From Octopus sinensis (lineage: Eukaryota): 64,000 nucleotides of DNA. The position numbers and the translations under genes are program-made. This document shows, in pieces, positions 13,961 to 28,215 of the stretch; position 1 is the stretch's first letter, and each line of letters starts with the position of its first letter. Location: positions 30,008,001 to 30,072,000 of the forward strand of contig NC_043005.1 of the NCBI RefSeq assembly GCF_006345805.1, read 5' to 3'. The notes under the pieces were generated by a model. That model saw nothing but the letters and a program-made list of their open reading frames with translations. It was not told where the DNA came from and made no database searches.

Positions 13961-14539
13961 TATATATATATATATATATACATATATATGAAATAAAGAC
14001 TATTTGGCAACATAATGGGGCTGTTCTTGTATGGACAGATGTTACTTTGTGCTGGATGGGGGCGCTGGACTCCCTGTTCAAAAATATAAGGACCCAGATA
14101 TTGTGTCATGTAGCCAGCTGGAAACGATGTTTCTGGGGGCTAAACAACAGTAACAATCGTCCCTTCCAGGACAGCCATATTATATTGGCAAATAGTCTGA
14201 ATATCTCTCTTTGAAAGATTCAGAAATAATGTTTCTATTTATATATATTTATTTATGATTGTATACATGGTAAAATTCTCCAGCTTACCAGTTCCAGTTA
14301 AACTGTCTAACCCATGCCAGCTAGAAAAATGGATGCTAAATGAAAATTATGATGAATACATATATATATTTATATATATACACACCCTACTCAGTATATG
14401 GTGCATGTGTAGATTTACATTTATGTATATTTGTTTTTTAAAGAGGATTCTAAGCACAAAGTGGTAGGATGAAATTCCAAAGTGACAGGGCTTCTTGGGA
14501 GATGTGCCAAGACTTCCAGTTTGCTTGTTAATCTCATGC

Positions 14540-14750
14540 AAATCTTGTTACATTGGAATGGACATTTTGTCAGAGTGACTGACTCTAAACTACCAAGATC
14601 ATATCTTCTACTCTGAATTTATGAATGAAGAAAGCAGTGTTGGTGCACTGAACAAAAGAATTGAAAATTGTGCTGAAAGCAAACCGTCCTAAACTCATGG
14701 GAGGATCTTGCTCAAGACAGATCTTTATGGAAGGAAGGAAGCACCCAGAG
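14540..14750 (+). mobile_element. Old RTE LINE 3' fragment
   Basis: Decayed W.GHFVRV.DSKLP... and WEDLAQDRSLW motifs. Confidence 0.55.
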
Positions 14751-15149
14751 CCCAAAGACTTTTTGGTTGTTATAAATCTCTATAGCAGGGACCGAAACAG
14801 AGACTTACAAATAACACCATAGCAAATCTGGTGTAAGACATCAGTGAATGGTCTGCAAAAAATACACTTCCAACACAATGGGACTTCTTTACCACAGCAG
14901 ACCCCTAAAAAGGAGCAACCCTCTTTGCTTTTCTTCCTTTCATTGCAATATTTTTCATTGATTTACTCATTTCTATTATTATTGTGAAAGCATATGACCA
15001 AGTGGATAGGATGTTTGGCTCATGGTCATAACATTGTGGGTTCAATTCTGTGATTGGCTGGTGCAGAATGTCCTTGAGCAAGGCACTTCATTTTATGTTG
15101 CTCCAGTCCATGCAGCTGTAAATGAGTACCAGCCTAGTGCCAATGCAGC

Positions 15150-15184
<35 letters not shown>

Positions 15185-15625
15185 GTCATCATCATTGTTT
15201 AACGTCCGTTTTCCATGCTGGCATAGGTTGGGTCTAGGAAACCAGGAGGCTGCACCAGGCACCAGTCTGATCTGGCAATGTTTCTACAGCTGGATGCTCT
15301 TCCTAATGCCAACCACTCCGAGAGTGTAGTAGGTACTTTTTACGTGCCACCAGCACAGGGGCCAGAGGAGCTGGAATCAACCACGATCAGATGGTGCTTT
15401 TTACATGCCACCAGCATGGAAGCCAGTCAAAGCAGCACTGGCATCGGCCACATTCGGATGGTGCTTTTTTTTTTTTTTTATGCTACTGGCATGGGGCTCA
15501 CAACTACAATTTCCATTTAATTTGATTTTGATATTGCTGTTGATGTTGATGTACTTGACTCAATAGGTCTCCTTAAACACGGCATGTCACCCTACAATCC
15601 AAAGTAATTTTGAGTGGGCTGGTTA
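15185..15625 (-). mobile_element. LINE 3'-tail / SINE-type repeat
   Basis: (cat)n tail, aacgtccgttttccatgctggc, about 60-nt gtaaaaagcacc units. Similar copies at 18850-19300 (-), 20985-21180 (-), 23890-24575 (+) and 58700-58950 (+). Confidence 0.8.
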
Positions 15626-16152
15626 TGTGACACAGCTGTTTTATCCTGAATGTGCCTCTGGATCAAAGGGTCGGAAGCCCAGTGGCAATCATTGTCAGTG
15701 CACATCAACAGAGGCAATAAAAACACTACATTACCAAGCCATATCCATTGAAGGTTTGTGGCTGGCTTTTATTTTTTGTTTTTTTAATGCTGTTCTTGGG
15801 TAATCATCAGATTTATGTATGTGTATGCTTGTGTGGTGTGTGTGTTGTGTGTTGGTAAGGCACATGGCTTAGTGGTTAGGGTGTTGCAGTCACAGTAGCG
15901 AGGTCATTGTTTCGATTCCCAGGCCGGGCATTACATTGTGTTCTTGAGCTAAGCACTTCATTTTATGTTGCTCTGCAATCATTTCATCACCCGACAAGTG
16001 GCAGCCATTGCACCTGTACAGGTAATGTCAATCTGATGGAAGGAGTGAGCTAATGTCTACACAAACATTTAATCACTCTAAACAAATCATCTGTGTGGTT
16101 GTTTGGTAAGAAATTGTCGAACCCTCATATGTCATCTAACAACAGGGAGAGT

Positions 16153-16196
<44 letters not shown>

Positions 16197-16820
16197 TACT
16201 CACACCTATGTGTGTGTGTGTGTGCAAAGATTTGGTATCTCTTTACATTTAAAAATGCTGGATGAAACTGAATCAACCTAGATAGGAAACATGTACAATG
16301 ATGCTATGATGGAACTTAAACCACTGATCATTAATTAGTTGTGAAACATAATTTGTGCAGACATGCATGTTACACACACATATGTATAAATATACACACA
16401 TACATATAAATATACATATATACATATACATACATATATACATACATATATGTATATAGCTTAGATAACTTTGATATGTTTCGACCAAAGACTGGTCCAG
16501 GCCATGCCTAATTTAATAGCACCACCTGATATATATATATGTATGTATGTAAGTGTATGTATTGTAATCACGTGACTGACCAGACTTTCTGATTTTGTTA
16601 CACACTGCTGGTCACAATGCATATTACTTTAGTTTTTGAATGATGCTACACCACTGCTGGTCAGTGCAGGTCAACAGCATCCCCTGACTGAATAATAAGG
16701 GCTGGAATGTGAAGTGAAATGTTTTGCTCAAGTACACAACGTGTCACCCAGTCTTGAAATCAAACCCACGACCAAGCAATCATGAATGCAACAGCCTAAT
16801 CATTTGGCCATGTGCCTTCA

Positions 16821-16885
<65 letters not shown>

Positions 16886-18329
16886 GCACACACGCACACA
16901 CACACACACACACTTTTCATCAACAAAAATAAATTTCAAACTCACAAACTGCTGAATCAACGTCACATGACTAATGGAATTAACAAATCCATATTCAAGC
17001 ATAAATGTTGCAGACTTCCCCTGAATTTTGCAGTGTCTTTTGTATATAAATCTCCCAATCATGTTAAAAACTATAGATTTTGACAAGATTCAGTTAGTCA
17101 TAAAAATATAACTATTGAAAGAATTTAATAATTGTTGGTGTCTATTGTGAATGAGGTTTTTACCTGTTGTGTTGACTTTTAGCTGTTGTCATGTTACTTT
17201 CACCTGCCAAGTTAGATTGAATGCAGTTAAGTTGGTTACACATTAGAGTTTTCACATATATTTACATGACAGTGTTTCATGGACATTGATTCCCTAATTA
17301 AATCATTAATAAATAATATCACTGAATTCTAATTTGTTGCTTAATTCATCAACAAGTATTAAGAGAAAAAGAAATCAAAGTCAAGAATTCAGACAAATTT
17401 GCTTGATAAGATGCAAAAATAAACATAGATGGCAAAAACAGGAAGCCTTTTGGCAGGAACTTGTTTCTAAAATTAAATTAAGCTTAGTTTCTTGTATAAA
17501 AGGATGCTTAGTTTTTAGCTCAATTTGAACTATCAATTTCTGTGGCTTGGAATTTGATAGCAGCTGTGATATTTGCAATGCAGGACTTTAAGTTTAGCTT
17601 TTATTTCATGTACCAAATATTCACATTGGTTGAACGACAAGGAGTTGTTGTAACCCTTTGAATTTCCTTATTTGCTGGCATCTAAGACACACACTTACAA
17701 AAGACACTATTTCAAATATTTACAAAGCTGTTTTGTGGGAAAACATTTTTTAGTATCTTTCACAAAATATTTATTAAAAAGAAATATTAAAGTGTTTTTT
17801 TAAAGAAAAATATCTGATTCTGTGCATATAAAAACTGGAATAAAGTATGAAATCATACAAAGTAAGTTTGACTAACATTTAAAGGAAACTAAATTAAATT
17901 TTCCATTGCAAAAAAGAAACAGATTGGTATCAATGAAACCCAGTATATGCAAACAAAACTAAACATGTTTGTAAAAATTGAAACAAAACAAAACAGCTGA
18001 GTACAAATAAGTGGAAAGAACAGCCATTGCAAATGGCTGACATGAAAGTCTGTTAACATTCTATTCATCTTTCTCAGAGAATTTTTCGTTTAAATAATAA
18101 GCAAACATTTCTTAAAGGTAACAACACAATTATTAAATAAAGTAAGACATTTATTAAGTTTAGTTTATGTATGTTGAGGAAAGATGGCACAAAGGTACAA
18201 TGTGACTGCCCAACATAACTGCCAATATACCATAAACAATATTTGCAAATTTGTACTAACAGACTTTTGGTAATTTGGCTTATTTCAAATAATTCTTTTT
18301 ATTGACAACAACTATGGTGCGTAGGGAAC

Positions 18330-18384
18330 TTATTCTCCTCTGGCTCCCAAGCCAATAATTCTCAGTCTCCCATCTGCAATATGG
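18330..18384 (-). pseudogene. Terminal coding exon (R)HIADGRLRIIGLGARGE*
   Basis: ttgctttgtatcaaatgcag acceptor; stop at 18330-18332; followed by about 1.2 kb of unique AT-rich 3'UTR-like sequence with AATAAA candidates. Confidence 0.65.
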
Positions 18385-19389
18385 CTGCATTTGATACAAA
18401 GCAATTTTTTGATACATTTAAAATTAAAAATAACAGGTCTTATATGCACGCAAAAACAGCCCCTATCAGAACTTGGTAAAAGAACTCTAGTTGATAATTG
18501 TCAAAACATGTATAGTCCAGCGATAACGAATGAAAAACAGACATGATATCATTTTTATGAATCTCATCTATGATTAAAGAAGAATAGCTATTGTGTGAGA
18601 TAAGAGTTGGAAGGCTTATGAAACCATGACAGGGGTTTGTTATTTATTGTCGCAAAATGAAAAGAATGAATAAGAGAATAGATAAAAAAATACTTGGGAA
18701 AATATTGAAAATAGCATGTAGCTGTGTTTCAATAACATATGTTTATAAGAAAAGTTGCTCCCATATACAAACACACACACACACGGTGTGTGTGTAATTT
18801 ACCACTTTTTGGTGAATTAGTAGAATGCGTGTGTGTGTGTGCATATATATACCATCATCATCATCGTTGTCATCATTTAATGTCTGCTTTCCATGCTGGC
18901 ATGAGTTGGATAGTTTGACTGAGGACTGGCAATCCAGAAGGCTGCACTAGGCTCCAATCTGATCTGGCACGGTTTCTACAGCTGGATGCCCTTCCTAGCG
19001 CCAACCACCTCGAGAGTGTAGTGGGTGCATTTTACATGCCACTGGCCACAAGGGCCAGTCAGGTGGTACAGGCATCGACCATGCTTCAGTGCTGCTTTTT
19101 ACGTGCCACTGGCATGGGAGCCAGTTAGGTGGTACTGGCAATGACCATACTTGAATGGCGCTTTTTATATGCCAGTAGCATGGGACCAGTCAGTTGGCAC
19201 TGGCATCGACCAAGCTCGAATGGTGCTTTTTACATGTCGCCGGCATGGGTGCCAGTCAGGCAGTACTGGCATTGGCCACAACAATGACTCACTTGACTCA
19301 ACAGGTCTTCACTGTTTCTTCACAAATATATATATATATATTATATATATATATATAATAGAAATATTAAAATTACTAAGTCTCTATAT

Positions 19390-19843
19390 ATATATGAAGT
19401 CATAAATGACAGCAAAATAAATAGTTCGATGAAATTTTATTTAACAATGAGAAAATTCTAATATCTTGATAAATTATTTTGTAACTTAAAAACATGTAAA
19501 TAATTTATATTATTATATCTAATAATAAATGAATTACATACATGCCTGTATTAATGCAAAATGCAAAAAGTTCATTCAAAATAATGCTGAAATTGAGCTA
19601 CATTATGCTGACAGGTGAAAGAAAGTCTGTTGAATTTAACAAAGACTTTTTGCATTATTTTGAAGGATTTTTTGCATTTTGCATTAATGCAGATATGTAA
19701 GTAATTCGTTTATTATTAAGTATAATAATATAAATTATTCACATGTTTTTAAGTTACAAAACAATTTGCTGTGATATTAGAATTTTCTTATTGTCAAATA
19801 AAATTTCATTATACTATTTCTCTCATTATTTATAACTTTATAC
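19390..19843. mobile_element. AT-rich foldback element (MITE-like)
   Basis: About 19390-19590 is an imperfect reverse complement of about 19645-19843, e.g. atgaaattttatttaacaatgagaaaattctaatatc / gatattagaattttcttattgtcaaataaaatttcat. Confidence 0.75.
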
Positions 19844-20019
19844 AGTCCTTATCATGTTCTCTTGTATCGCACTATACACTGAATATGCTTTGTAGAATAA
19901 TACATTAAGGAGCTGTTTTTATGAGTACTGCTGGATTACTTGAACCCATATATTTTGGCTTAAATTTACATACACACACACATACATACATACATACATA
20001 CATACATACATACATACAT

Positions 20020-20056
<37 letters not shown>

Positions 20057-23000
20057 TCTGTATATCATCTTCACCATCAGTTAGCATTCACTTTTCAATG
20101 CTCACATGACTCAGATGATATTTGTAAAACCAGGTTCTCTGCAGCAGGCTGCTCTTCCTATTTCCAACCCTCACTTGTTTCCAAAGTCATATTTCCACAT
20201 CGATGGACATATTTTCATGGAAGACTAGAATCAACCAATAGTGTTTATGTGACGGTGACCCACATTAACAAATCACCACATGACATCAAGACAATGGCAC
20301 GCACACACACACATATTTGCGATGATGATGACCTGAAAAATTTGGTTAATTCACCAAACAGTGACATATATATTTGCCCCTATCCACAGATAGATATGTA
20401 TGCATGCACAGTTAAATACTAAGCAGTAATATTACAGACATATGTACGTGTTGATGCTTTACATTGTTCAAGTCTCAGTGGTTCTGGCCATGCTACAGTT
20501 TGCACCTTATTCTTCAATATTTATATATTCATTTATAGATGGTGTGTTTATTGAGTTTATCTTTGTCATTTGAGATAAACTATTTCATCTTCTTTGTTCT
20601 TCTCTTAGAATTGTTTTTCTTATTTATCAGTATGTTGTCCAGTGATGTAGAGCAACACATGAGCACCCATCTAGCTAGCTCACACGGGATTTGTTTTGCT
20701 TTTAGCATTTATTTTTTATCTTTTGTGTGTTTCACTCGTTAGACTGTGGCCATGCTGAAGCACTGCCTCGAGGGACTTGGTTGAACAAATCAAACTCAGT
20801 ACTAACTCTTCGAAGTTTGGTACTTATCCTATTGGCCCTTTTGCCAAGCCACAAAGCTACAGAGACATAAACAAACAAACACTAGTTGTTGAGCAGAGTG
20901 GGGACAAATATAGACACAAATACACACACATACAATAGGGTTCCACACAGTTTTTACCTACCAAATCCACTGCACAGGAGCCAGTCCAGCAGCACTGGCA
21001 ATGATCTCGCTCGAATGTTTTTCATGTGCCACTGGCAAAAGTGCCAGTAAGGCGATGCTGGTAACGATCATGCTCGAATAGTGCTTCTTACATGCCACCA
21101 GCACGGAAGCCAGTTAGCCACTCTGGCATCGATCATGCTCGGATGGTGATCCACTAGCACGGATGCCAGTCATCAAATTTGTTTTCAATTTTACTTAATG
21201 ATTGCCATATCTGTTTACACAGAACTTTACATGTATATGCAGACGTGTATGTTTTTGTAAGTGATTAATCACTTAACAAATTAGTCCAAAGATATTTGTA
21301 TATTAATATTAGAAGATTTAGGCAGCAAGCTGGCAGATTTGTTTCTGCATTGGGAAAAATGCTTAGTGGTATTTCATCTGTCTTCGTGTTCTGGGTTCAG
21401 ATTCTACCAAGGCCAACTTTTCTTTTTGTTCTTTGATAAAATGCATACCAGTTGAACATTGGGGTTCATTTAATTGACTTAGCTCCTCCCCCAACATTGC
21501 TGGCTTTGTGCCAAATTTTGAAACCAATATTAGAAGAAATGAGCGACTGTTTTTACGGTTTGTGTCAGGTTTACAATAAACGTATACATTGTCATGACTC
21601 TGTGTGTGTGTGTGTGTGTTGTGTGTGTGTGCGTGCATGCATGCAGACATGTAAATTTATTGAATATTATAAATGTCAACACATGGAAGACAAAGTTTGA
21701 TGAATGAAGTATTAGCTTAAAGCTTTAATGGAATGAGAACATGTCTTAACATTTCAGACATAGTCTTTCATCAGAAGAAAAAAAAGGGAGAAGTGTAAAA
21801 ACGGAGGGAGGAAGAGAAATAGTTAATGAGGAAAAAAAATTGAAACCAAGTGGGACTGCTATTCTATGTGGTAGGGAGTTAAGAAAGGAAGAAGCAGAAC
21901 GAATGTACAAGTAAACACACATACACACATATTTGTAAAATATACAGTTATACAAAACAACACGGACTGTAATGGAAATATATTAAAAAATCCTTTTAAT
22001 GTAGGGTCCATCTAACACTCAACCTTAGACAAAACATACAGAATCATTTAACCTTTCTAATATCAACCCATCTGAGACCAATCCTCCTGGTACTATGATA
22101 CAAGCTTCCTGTTTTAAAGAAATCTAAATTAAAATCCTCCATCAAAATGGCTGAGTTATTTTACCGAATTCTTCATTATTTTCAAAATTAGTTGAAACAA
22201 AGAAAATGTTTTGTGTCAGAAATATGACAATGAAAGGGTTAATTTCTCCCTGAAGCCTTTAGATATATACTGAATCCATTACTTAACATAAAAGACCTTT
22301 GGTTGAAATACAACAATGGTTAGATAAGTAACTAATTAGAAAAGGAATCTTGTCCTGGCCCTTCCACAGTCTTTGGAATTAAGGATTTGAAATGGTTTAT
22401 CTCAGCTGAAGATTAAAATATATCTTCCTGATACAAATGTCTGCAGAACCTTTCTCCATATGAACAAGTATTAGATAGTTTAGAATAGAAAACATAAACT
22501 TTGCATATAGTTCATAATTTATCTTAACAGCTGTTTCATTGGCAATGATCACTAAATCCACAAGTTTTTTTTATTCTCTCTCTGTTTATTTCATCATGTT
22601 CCTTTCTGTTGAAGAGTATAGACTCAAAACATAAAAGACTTTCTCCCATTCCTAAGCATCAAACTAATATAACTACTTGTTGTTTATACACCTGTCTTCG
22701 TCTTTTGTTTTTCTGTAAATTTCAGTTATTATATAATTAATTAGTTAAGGCTCATAATTAATCAACTCAAATTAATTTTATAAAAAGTTTTTATAAAAGT
22801 AGTTTTTAAACATCTAATAGCTAAGGAGGGTCCACCAGAATGAAATAATGATCAAAAGGGTCCATAAATAAAAAAAACAGTTAAGAACCCTGATATAAAC
22901 AATCAAACAAAGAACCACTATATGATCACTGAACTTGCTAGAAACGGCAACCAAATATATTTTAAATCAAACCCTTCTGTCTAAAGAAATGCATTCCAGC

Positions 23001-23332
23001 CATGACTATCCCAACTTTTGGGGGGAGTATCAACGACTACATTATCTAATGTCTTTTTCTTTTTAAAAACAATAGTATGATATTAGAGGGGAATTTGGCT
23101 ACTATTTCTAGCCTTACAAGTAACTGTATACAGGTTTAAGTTGTTTGCTCATTCTTCATTAGTTATCATAGACAATTGCCATAGTAACCGCTACAAAACA
23201 TCAGTCAACCAAACACAAGTCTTTTTAAATGGTTGACTCAGTAAAAGAGAAATTTCTGCAATGACCCAGACACAGGCATTTGAAGAGATCCTCTTCCAAA
23301 ATAACTTAATGACCAGGAAATACAATTAATAC

Positions 23333-23371
23333 CGACTAGCAACATCTGTGTACACAGGAATGGTTTTATTC
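23333..23371 (-). pseudogene. Exon (E)NKTIPVYTDVAS(R)
   Basis: atatttgttgcag|G...GTCG|gtatta; 39 nt, phase 2 to 2. Confidence 0.65.
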
Positions 23372-24579
23372 CTGCAACAAATATTCACAAAAGACAGCAT
23401 GAAATGGCACAATGTTGGCAACTGTTACAATAGATGGAATTTATAATTTCCCTTTCCATTCTTTGGTTAATACTTTCTATGAAAAAGCTACTGAATTATT
23501 GATTCTTTGGTATGTACACGTAATGTATGTGTGTGTGTGTGTGTGATCGCCCACATATAAATGCACATAAAATATATAAAATAAACATAAATGCATAATG
23601 CATTCCACTCATAGTAAATTTTTTGTCCCCATAACTTAGCGGTTCAGCAAAAGAGACTGATAGAATAAGTACCAGACTACAGAAAATAGTTACTGGGGTC
23701 AATCTGTTTCACTAAAACACCTTAAAGGCTGTTTCTGGGATATTATGGATATCCCTTCATCAGAGATGGTGGGAGAAAATATTTGAGTTTGAATTATTAT
23801 GGAAAAGGAGGAGATAGGGAATATAGAGGGAAATAAGAGAATGAAAGTAGAAGGCAATGGCTAGTGACTGAGACCTTTGAAAATATACTGTGCTTGAGAA
23901 GACCCAGCAAGCCAAATGAGACCATAACCTCATGGCCTATGCCAGGGGCATAACCAGCCCACTTATGCGTACCTTTCCTTCTTTGGGTACTAAATTCTGC
24001 TTGCGAAGACCTGTTGAGGCAAGTGAAATCGAAATCAAATTCGATGACTGGCATTTGTGCTATTGGGGCACTAAGAGTACCATCCGAGCGCGATTGTTGA
24101 CAGAGCTGCTAACTGGCTTCCGTACCAGTGGCATGTAAAAGGCACCATTCGAGCATGATCGTTACCAGCATCGCCATACTGGCACTTGTGCCCCATGCTA
24201 GTGGGGCACTAAGTGCACCATCTGAGCGTGATCATTGCCAGAGCGGCTAGCTGGCTTCTGTGCCAGTGGCACGTAAAAAGCACCATTCAAGCGTGATCAT
24301 TACCAGCGTCACCTTACTGGCACTTGTGCCGGTGGCACATAAAAAAACATTCAAGTGAGGTCGATGCCAGTACCATCTGACTGGCCCTCGTGCCGGTGGC
24401 ACGTAAAAGCACCCACTACACTCTCGGAGTGGTTGGTGTTAGGAAGGGCATCCATCTGTAGAAACTCTGCCAGATCAAGATTGGAGCCTGGTGCAGCCAT
24501 CTGGTTTGCCAGTCCTCAGTCAAATCGTCCAACCCATGCTAGCATGGAAAGCAGACGTTAAACGATGATGATCATCATC

Positions 24580-24648
<69 letters not shown>

Positions 24649-25070
24649 TACACACATATATAGAAAGTAGAAATCATATTTATTAAAGCTAAAACATGAA
24701 ATTTCATGACTTTGAGTTTCATCTCTGATCTTCAAAGAAAACTGGAGGAATTAAATAGGGAACCATTAATAGGAATAATCAGATAATGAAATCAGAATGG
24801 AAGCTTTTGATTGGAAGCCTGTGTCAAAACAGAATCAAATTAATAAAAAACACATAATTGAATGAATATAACAGGATAAAATAAACAAACTAAAAATAAT
24901 ATTAACAATGGAATGCAATAATATTAATTGCAGATTTTTAGTTGTAAATCCATTCACAAAATGCCTAACTTACTCAGATACTACAAAATATCATAATATC
25001 AAAAAGGAAGAAAGAAAATGAATATTGGATGCACAATGGGAATAAAATGTCATTAATCTTCTAAATGTAC

Positions 25071-25133
25071 TCATCAGTCTCTCTCCATTCACAAAGTCCC
25101 GTATTATAAACAGTCTGTAATGTAATAAACAAC
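25071..25133 (-). pseudogene. Exon (K)LFITLQTVYNTGLCEWRETD(E)
   Basis: cttattgtattgcag|G...GATGA|gtacat; 63 nt, phase 2 to 2. Confidence 0.65.
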
Positions 25134-25620
25134 CTGCAATACAATAAGGATGAGAAAGATGAGTGAAGAGAAAGAATGTCAAAGCCAAACATGTAAACAG
25201 TAAAAATGTGTGAGAATAAGAAACTTCTCTTTCAAAGTTCTCTGTCTTTTGAAAATTTGATAGCAGATATTTTACTTTATGCAAAATGCTACAAATAATA
25301 TCATTTCTTATATTTAACTGTTCTTTTCTCTGTGATAATATTAAAACATTCTAAGGCAGTGTGCTGGCTGAAACGTTAGCATGGTGGGCAAAATGCTTAG
25401 CAGTATTTCATCTGTCTTTACGTTTTGAGTTTAAATTCTGCAGAGGTCGAGAAATTAAGTACCAGTTGCATACTGGGGTCGATCTAATCGACTGGCCCCC
25501 TTCCCCAAAATTTCAGGCCTTGTATTCAAACATTCTTGGATAAGTAAAGATGACAACACAGCTTACTTTTGTTATTACTATGTGTAACATCATCAGATGC
25601 AAAAACAAAAAATACATCAA

Positions 25621-25659
<39 letters not shown>

Positions 25660-25700
25660 GTATGTGTATACACACACACATACACACGTTGTATACATAC

Positions 25701-25817
25701 TTAGTTGAAGAAAACAAGTAGAAAACCTTTGTATTTGCTGTTATTCTTCAATATACATGTGGCTGTATATGGAAGCGAAGTGGAGTTTTACTCTGACTAA
25801 AGGCTGGACAATTATTG
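25701..25817 (-). pseudogene. Exon with frameshift
   Basis: ttcttctttttag|CA...ACTAA|gtatgt; (P)IIVQPLVRVKLHFASIYSHMYIE[fs]RITANTKVFYLFSST(K); 117 nt, one base short. Confidence 0.6.
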
Positions 25818-26143
25818 CTAAAAAGAAGAATAATTAACAAAATTCCAGAAATTATCTTGACAAATATTTGTATTTAAAAACTTAGAAGTGAACACAATAA
25901 TTACATTTAACCCTTTTGATATCAACTTTGAGTTTGTATCAAAGAACCAGAGATGTCATTCTCTGATATGTTTCAAAGTGATCTAAATCCAAACCATTCT
26001 TCAAAACTCCACTTTTATAAAGACCATGTGATTTGACTAAATTCTTTATTATTTTCAAAATATATTACATCAAAAGCTATGTATTTCAACAGAAGCATGA
26101 TAATGTACATTAGGATTAACATACATTAATTGTAATCATATAC

Positions 26144-26238
26144 GTGTGACTGGCTGTTTTGAAAGAGGTGTGTTCAGCTGTGGAGCTTTGTATATGTTGA
26201 GATATATGAAGTGAGCTGCAGCTGCCAACTCATTAAAC
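26144..26238 (-). pseudogene. Exon (W)FNELAAAAHFIYLNIYKAPQLNTPLSKQPVT
   Basis: ctttcttgatccacag|G...ACAC|gtatat; 95 nt, phase 2 to 1. Confidence 0.65.
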
Positions 26239-26534
26239 CTGTGGATCAAGAAAGTACAAATGAAACAAAACTTTCATTGATGAGAGTTAAACATGTGATT
26301 AATGCTTATATCTGCTCAAAATGGGAAGAGAAGACAACGTCAAATCAAGAATGAGTTAACTTGTGTTGTTTTGCTTATTATTTCCCATGCAGATGACATC
26401 CCTGGGTGACTTGTTATTTTGTATCCCGATTGCCCTCAGTACACAATCATCTTTTTATCATGATACTTATTCTGTTTGTTTAACTTTTTCTTTCTGTTTC
26501 TTTTTGTTGCATATGCCTGTGTAGTATATATGTA

Positions 26535-26607
<73 letters not shown>

Positions 26608-26608
26608 A

Positions 26609-26904
26609 TAAAATCAAAATAAGCAACAGGATATCAAGAAGTGATGCAGTATGACTGTTTCAAGCGGCTCCATTTAATTGAACAATGAAATCATCATATC
26701 AATTTAAATGCAGGGCCATCTTCAGCTGCACAAATTAATAAATAGAATTTTAAACAGTTGGACATATTAAAATAATTTTTCTTAAATATTTTAACAGAGC
26801 ATGAAAATGGATGATATTCATGATGTCGCTATTGTAGCTAAGAATAGACTACACTTCCAAGAATCGCATCACTACCTGATATCCTGTTGCTTATTTTGAT
26901 TTTA
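26609..26904. mobile_element. MITE with 39-bp TIRs
   Basis: taaaatcaaaataagcaacaggatatcaagaagtgatgc vs gcatcactacctgatatcctgttgcttattttgatttta (2 mismatches); TA ends. Confidence 0.8.
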
Positions 26905-27592
26905 TTCACCTTACTTTGAACTGAGCGGATTATACCGGACTGACTTGGTGCTTCAACTTAAGTACCTAATTCAACTGAATCTCAATTATTTCTATATATG
27001 TATATATGTACGTGTGTATTTTTTACCTAGATATATACATACACACACACACACGCACACACGCACACACACACACACACACGCACACACACACACACAC
27101 ATACACACACACACGTATGCACACATCTTTTATCTTGTACTTGCTTCGGTCATGGGACTGCAGCCGAATCTGGGTCATCACCTTGAAGGGTTGACTCAAA
27201 CAAATTGACCTCAGTTTTTTTACTTTTTAAAACCTGGTTCTTATGTTATTGCTATCTTTTGCTGGACCAGTAACTTACAGGAATGTAAACAAACCAGCAC
27301 CAGTTGACAGTTAGAGGGGGTAGGTGGAGAAACATGCACACACACACACACACATAGATATATACATATATATATATTCTTTTCTTTTTTTCTTTTATTT
27401 GTTTCCGTCATTTGACTGCAGCTATGCTGGAGTACCACATTTAGTCAAACAAATCGACCCCAGGACTTATTCTTTGTAAGCCTAGTACTTATTCTATCGG
27501 TCTCTTTTGCCAAACCACTAAATTACGGGGACGTAAAGACACCAACATCGGTTGTCAAGCAATAGTAGGGGGACAAACACACACACACACAA

Positions 27593-27630
<38 letters not shown>

Positions 27631-27695
27631 GATTTTGATTGATTTTGATTTTTCCAGTTTCAGCTAATGAGCTGTGGCCATGCTGGGGCACCACC

Positions 27696-27726
<31 letters not shown>

Positions 27727-27847
27727 TGCTGGGCTTCTTTCAGTTTCCCTCTACCAAACCCATTCACAAGGCTTTGGTCGTCCTGAGGCTATAGTAGAAG
27801 CCAGTAACATGCGGTTGGTAACCAACTTCTTACCACACAACCATGCC

Positions 27848-27892
<45 letters not shown>

Positions 27893-27989
27893 GAGTAAGT
27901 AGATAAAAGAAAGTAGGGCACTCAACATATTTATTGGGAGCTACATGTATGGATCAAAACAGTTTGATTTATAACTGTTTTGATCTATA

Positions 27990-28020
<31 letters not shown>

Positions 28021-28056
28021 GTGATAGTATTATATATCCATCACGGCTGCTCTTAC

Positions 28057-28215
28057 CAACCGGTTTCATGCAAGGAATACAATGGAGTGTTAGGTAACAA
28101 TCTGATTATATAGCTTTATGCTCATCAGAGTTAGCCAATTTGGAAAGTAATATGGCGACTGCTCTCTCAGATATAATACAGTAGATCTCAGATGGAGATG
28201 CTGAAAAGTTTGTCG
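28057..28215 (-). pseudogene. Exon with frameshift
   Basis: ttttttacctaaag|CG...GGTTG|gtaaga; (S)TNFSASPSEIYCIISERAVAILLSKLANSDEHKAI[fs]IRLLPNTPLYSLHETG(W); 159 nt where phase 1 to 2 needs 3n+1. Confidence 0.55.

Noticed and set aside
22336-22412. Exon-like minus segment AEINHFKSLIPKTVEGPGQDSFSN* after a good acceptor
   Set aside because: Phase-incompatible with the upstream phase-2 exon; no other support.
24045-24420. CRISPR-like repeat/spacer appearance
   Set aside because: Eukaryotic context, no cas genes, degenerate units, and the same array lies in the LINE 3'UTR at 40140-40310.
25749-25751. In-frame TGA (QPHVY*RIT) as selenocysteine or an edited stop
   Set aside because: That frame is phase-incompatible with the upstream exon, no selenoprotein motif is recognisable, and a 1-nt deletion explains it like the other exons.
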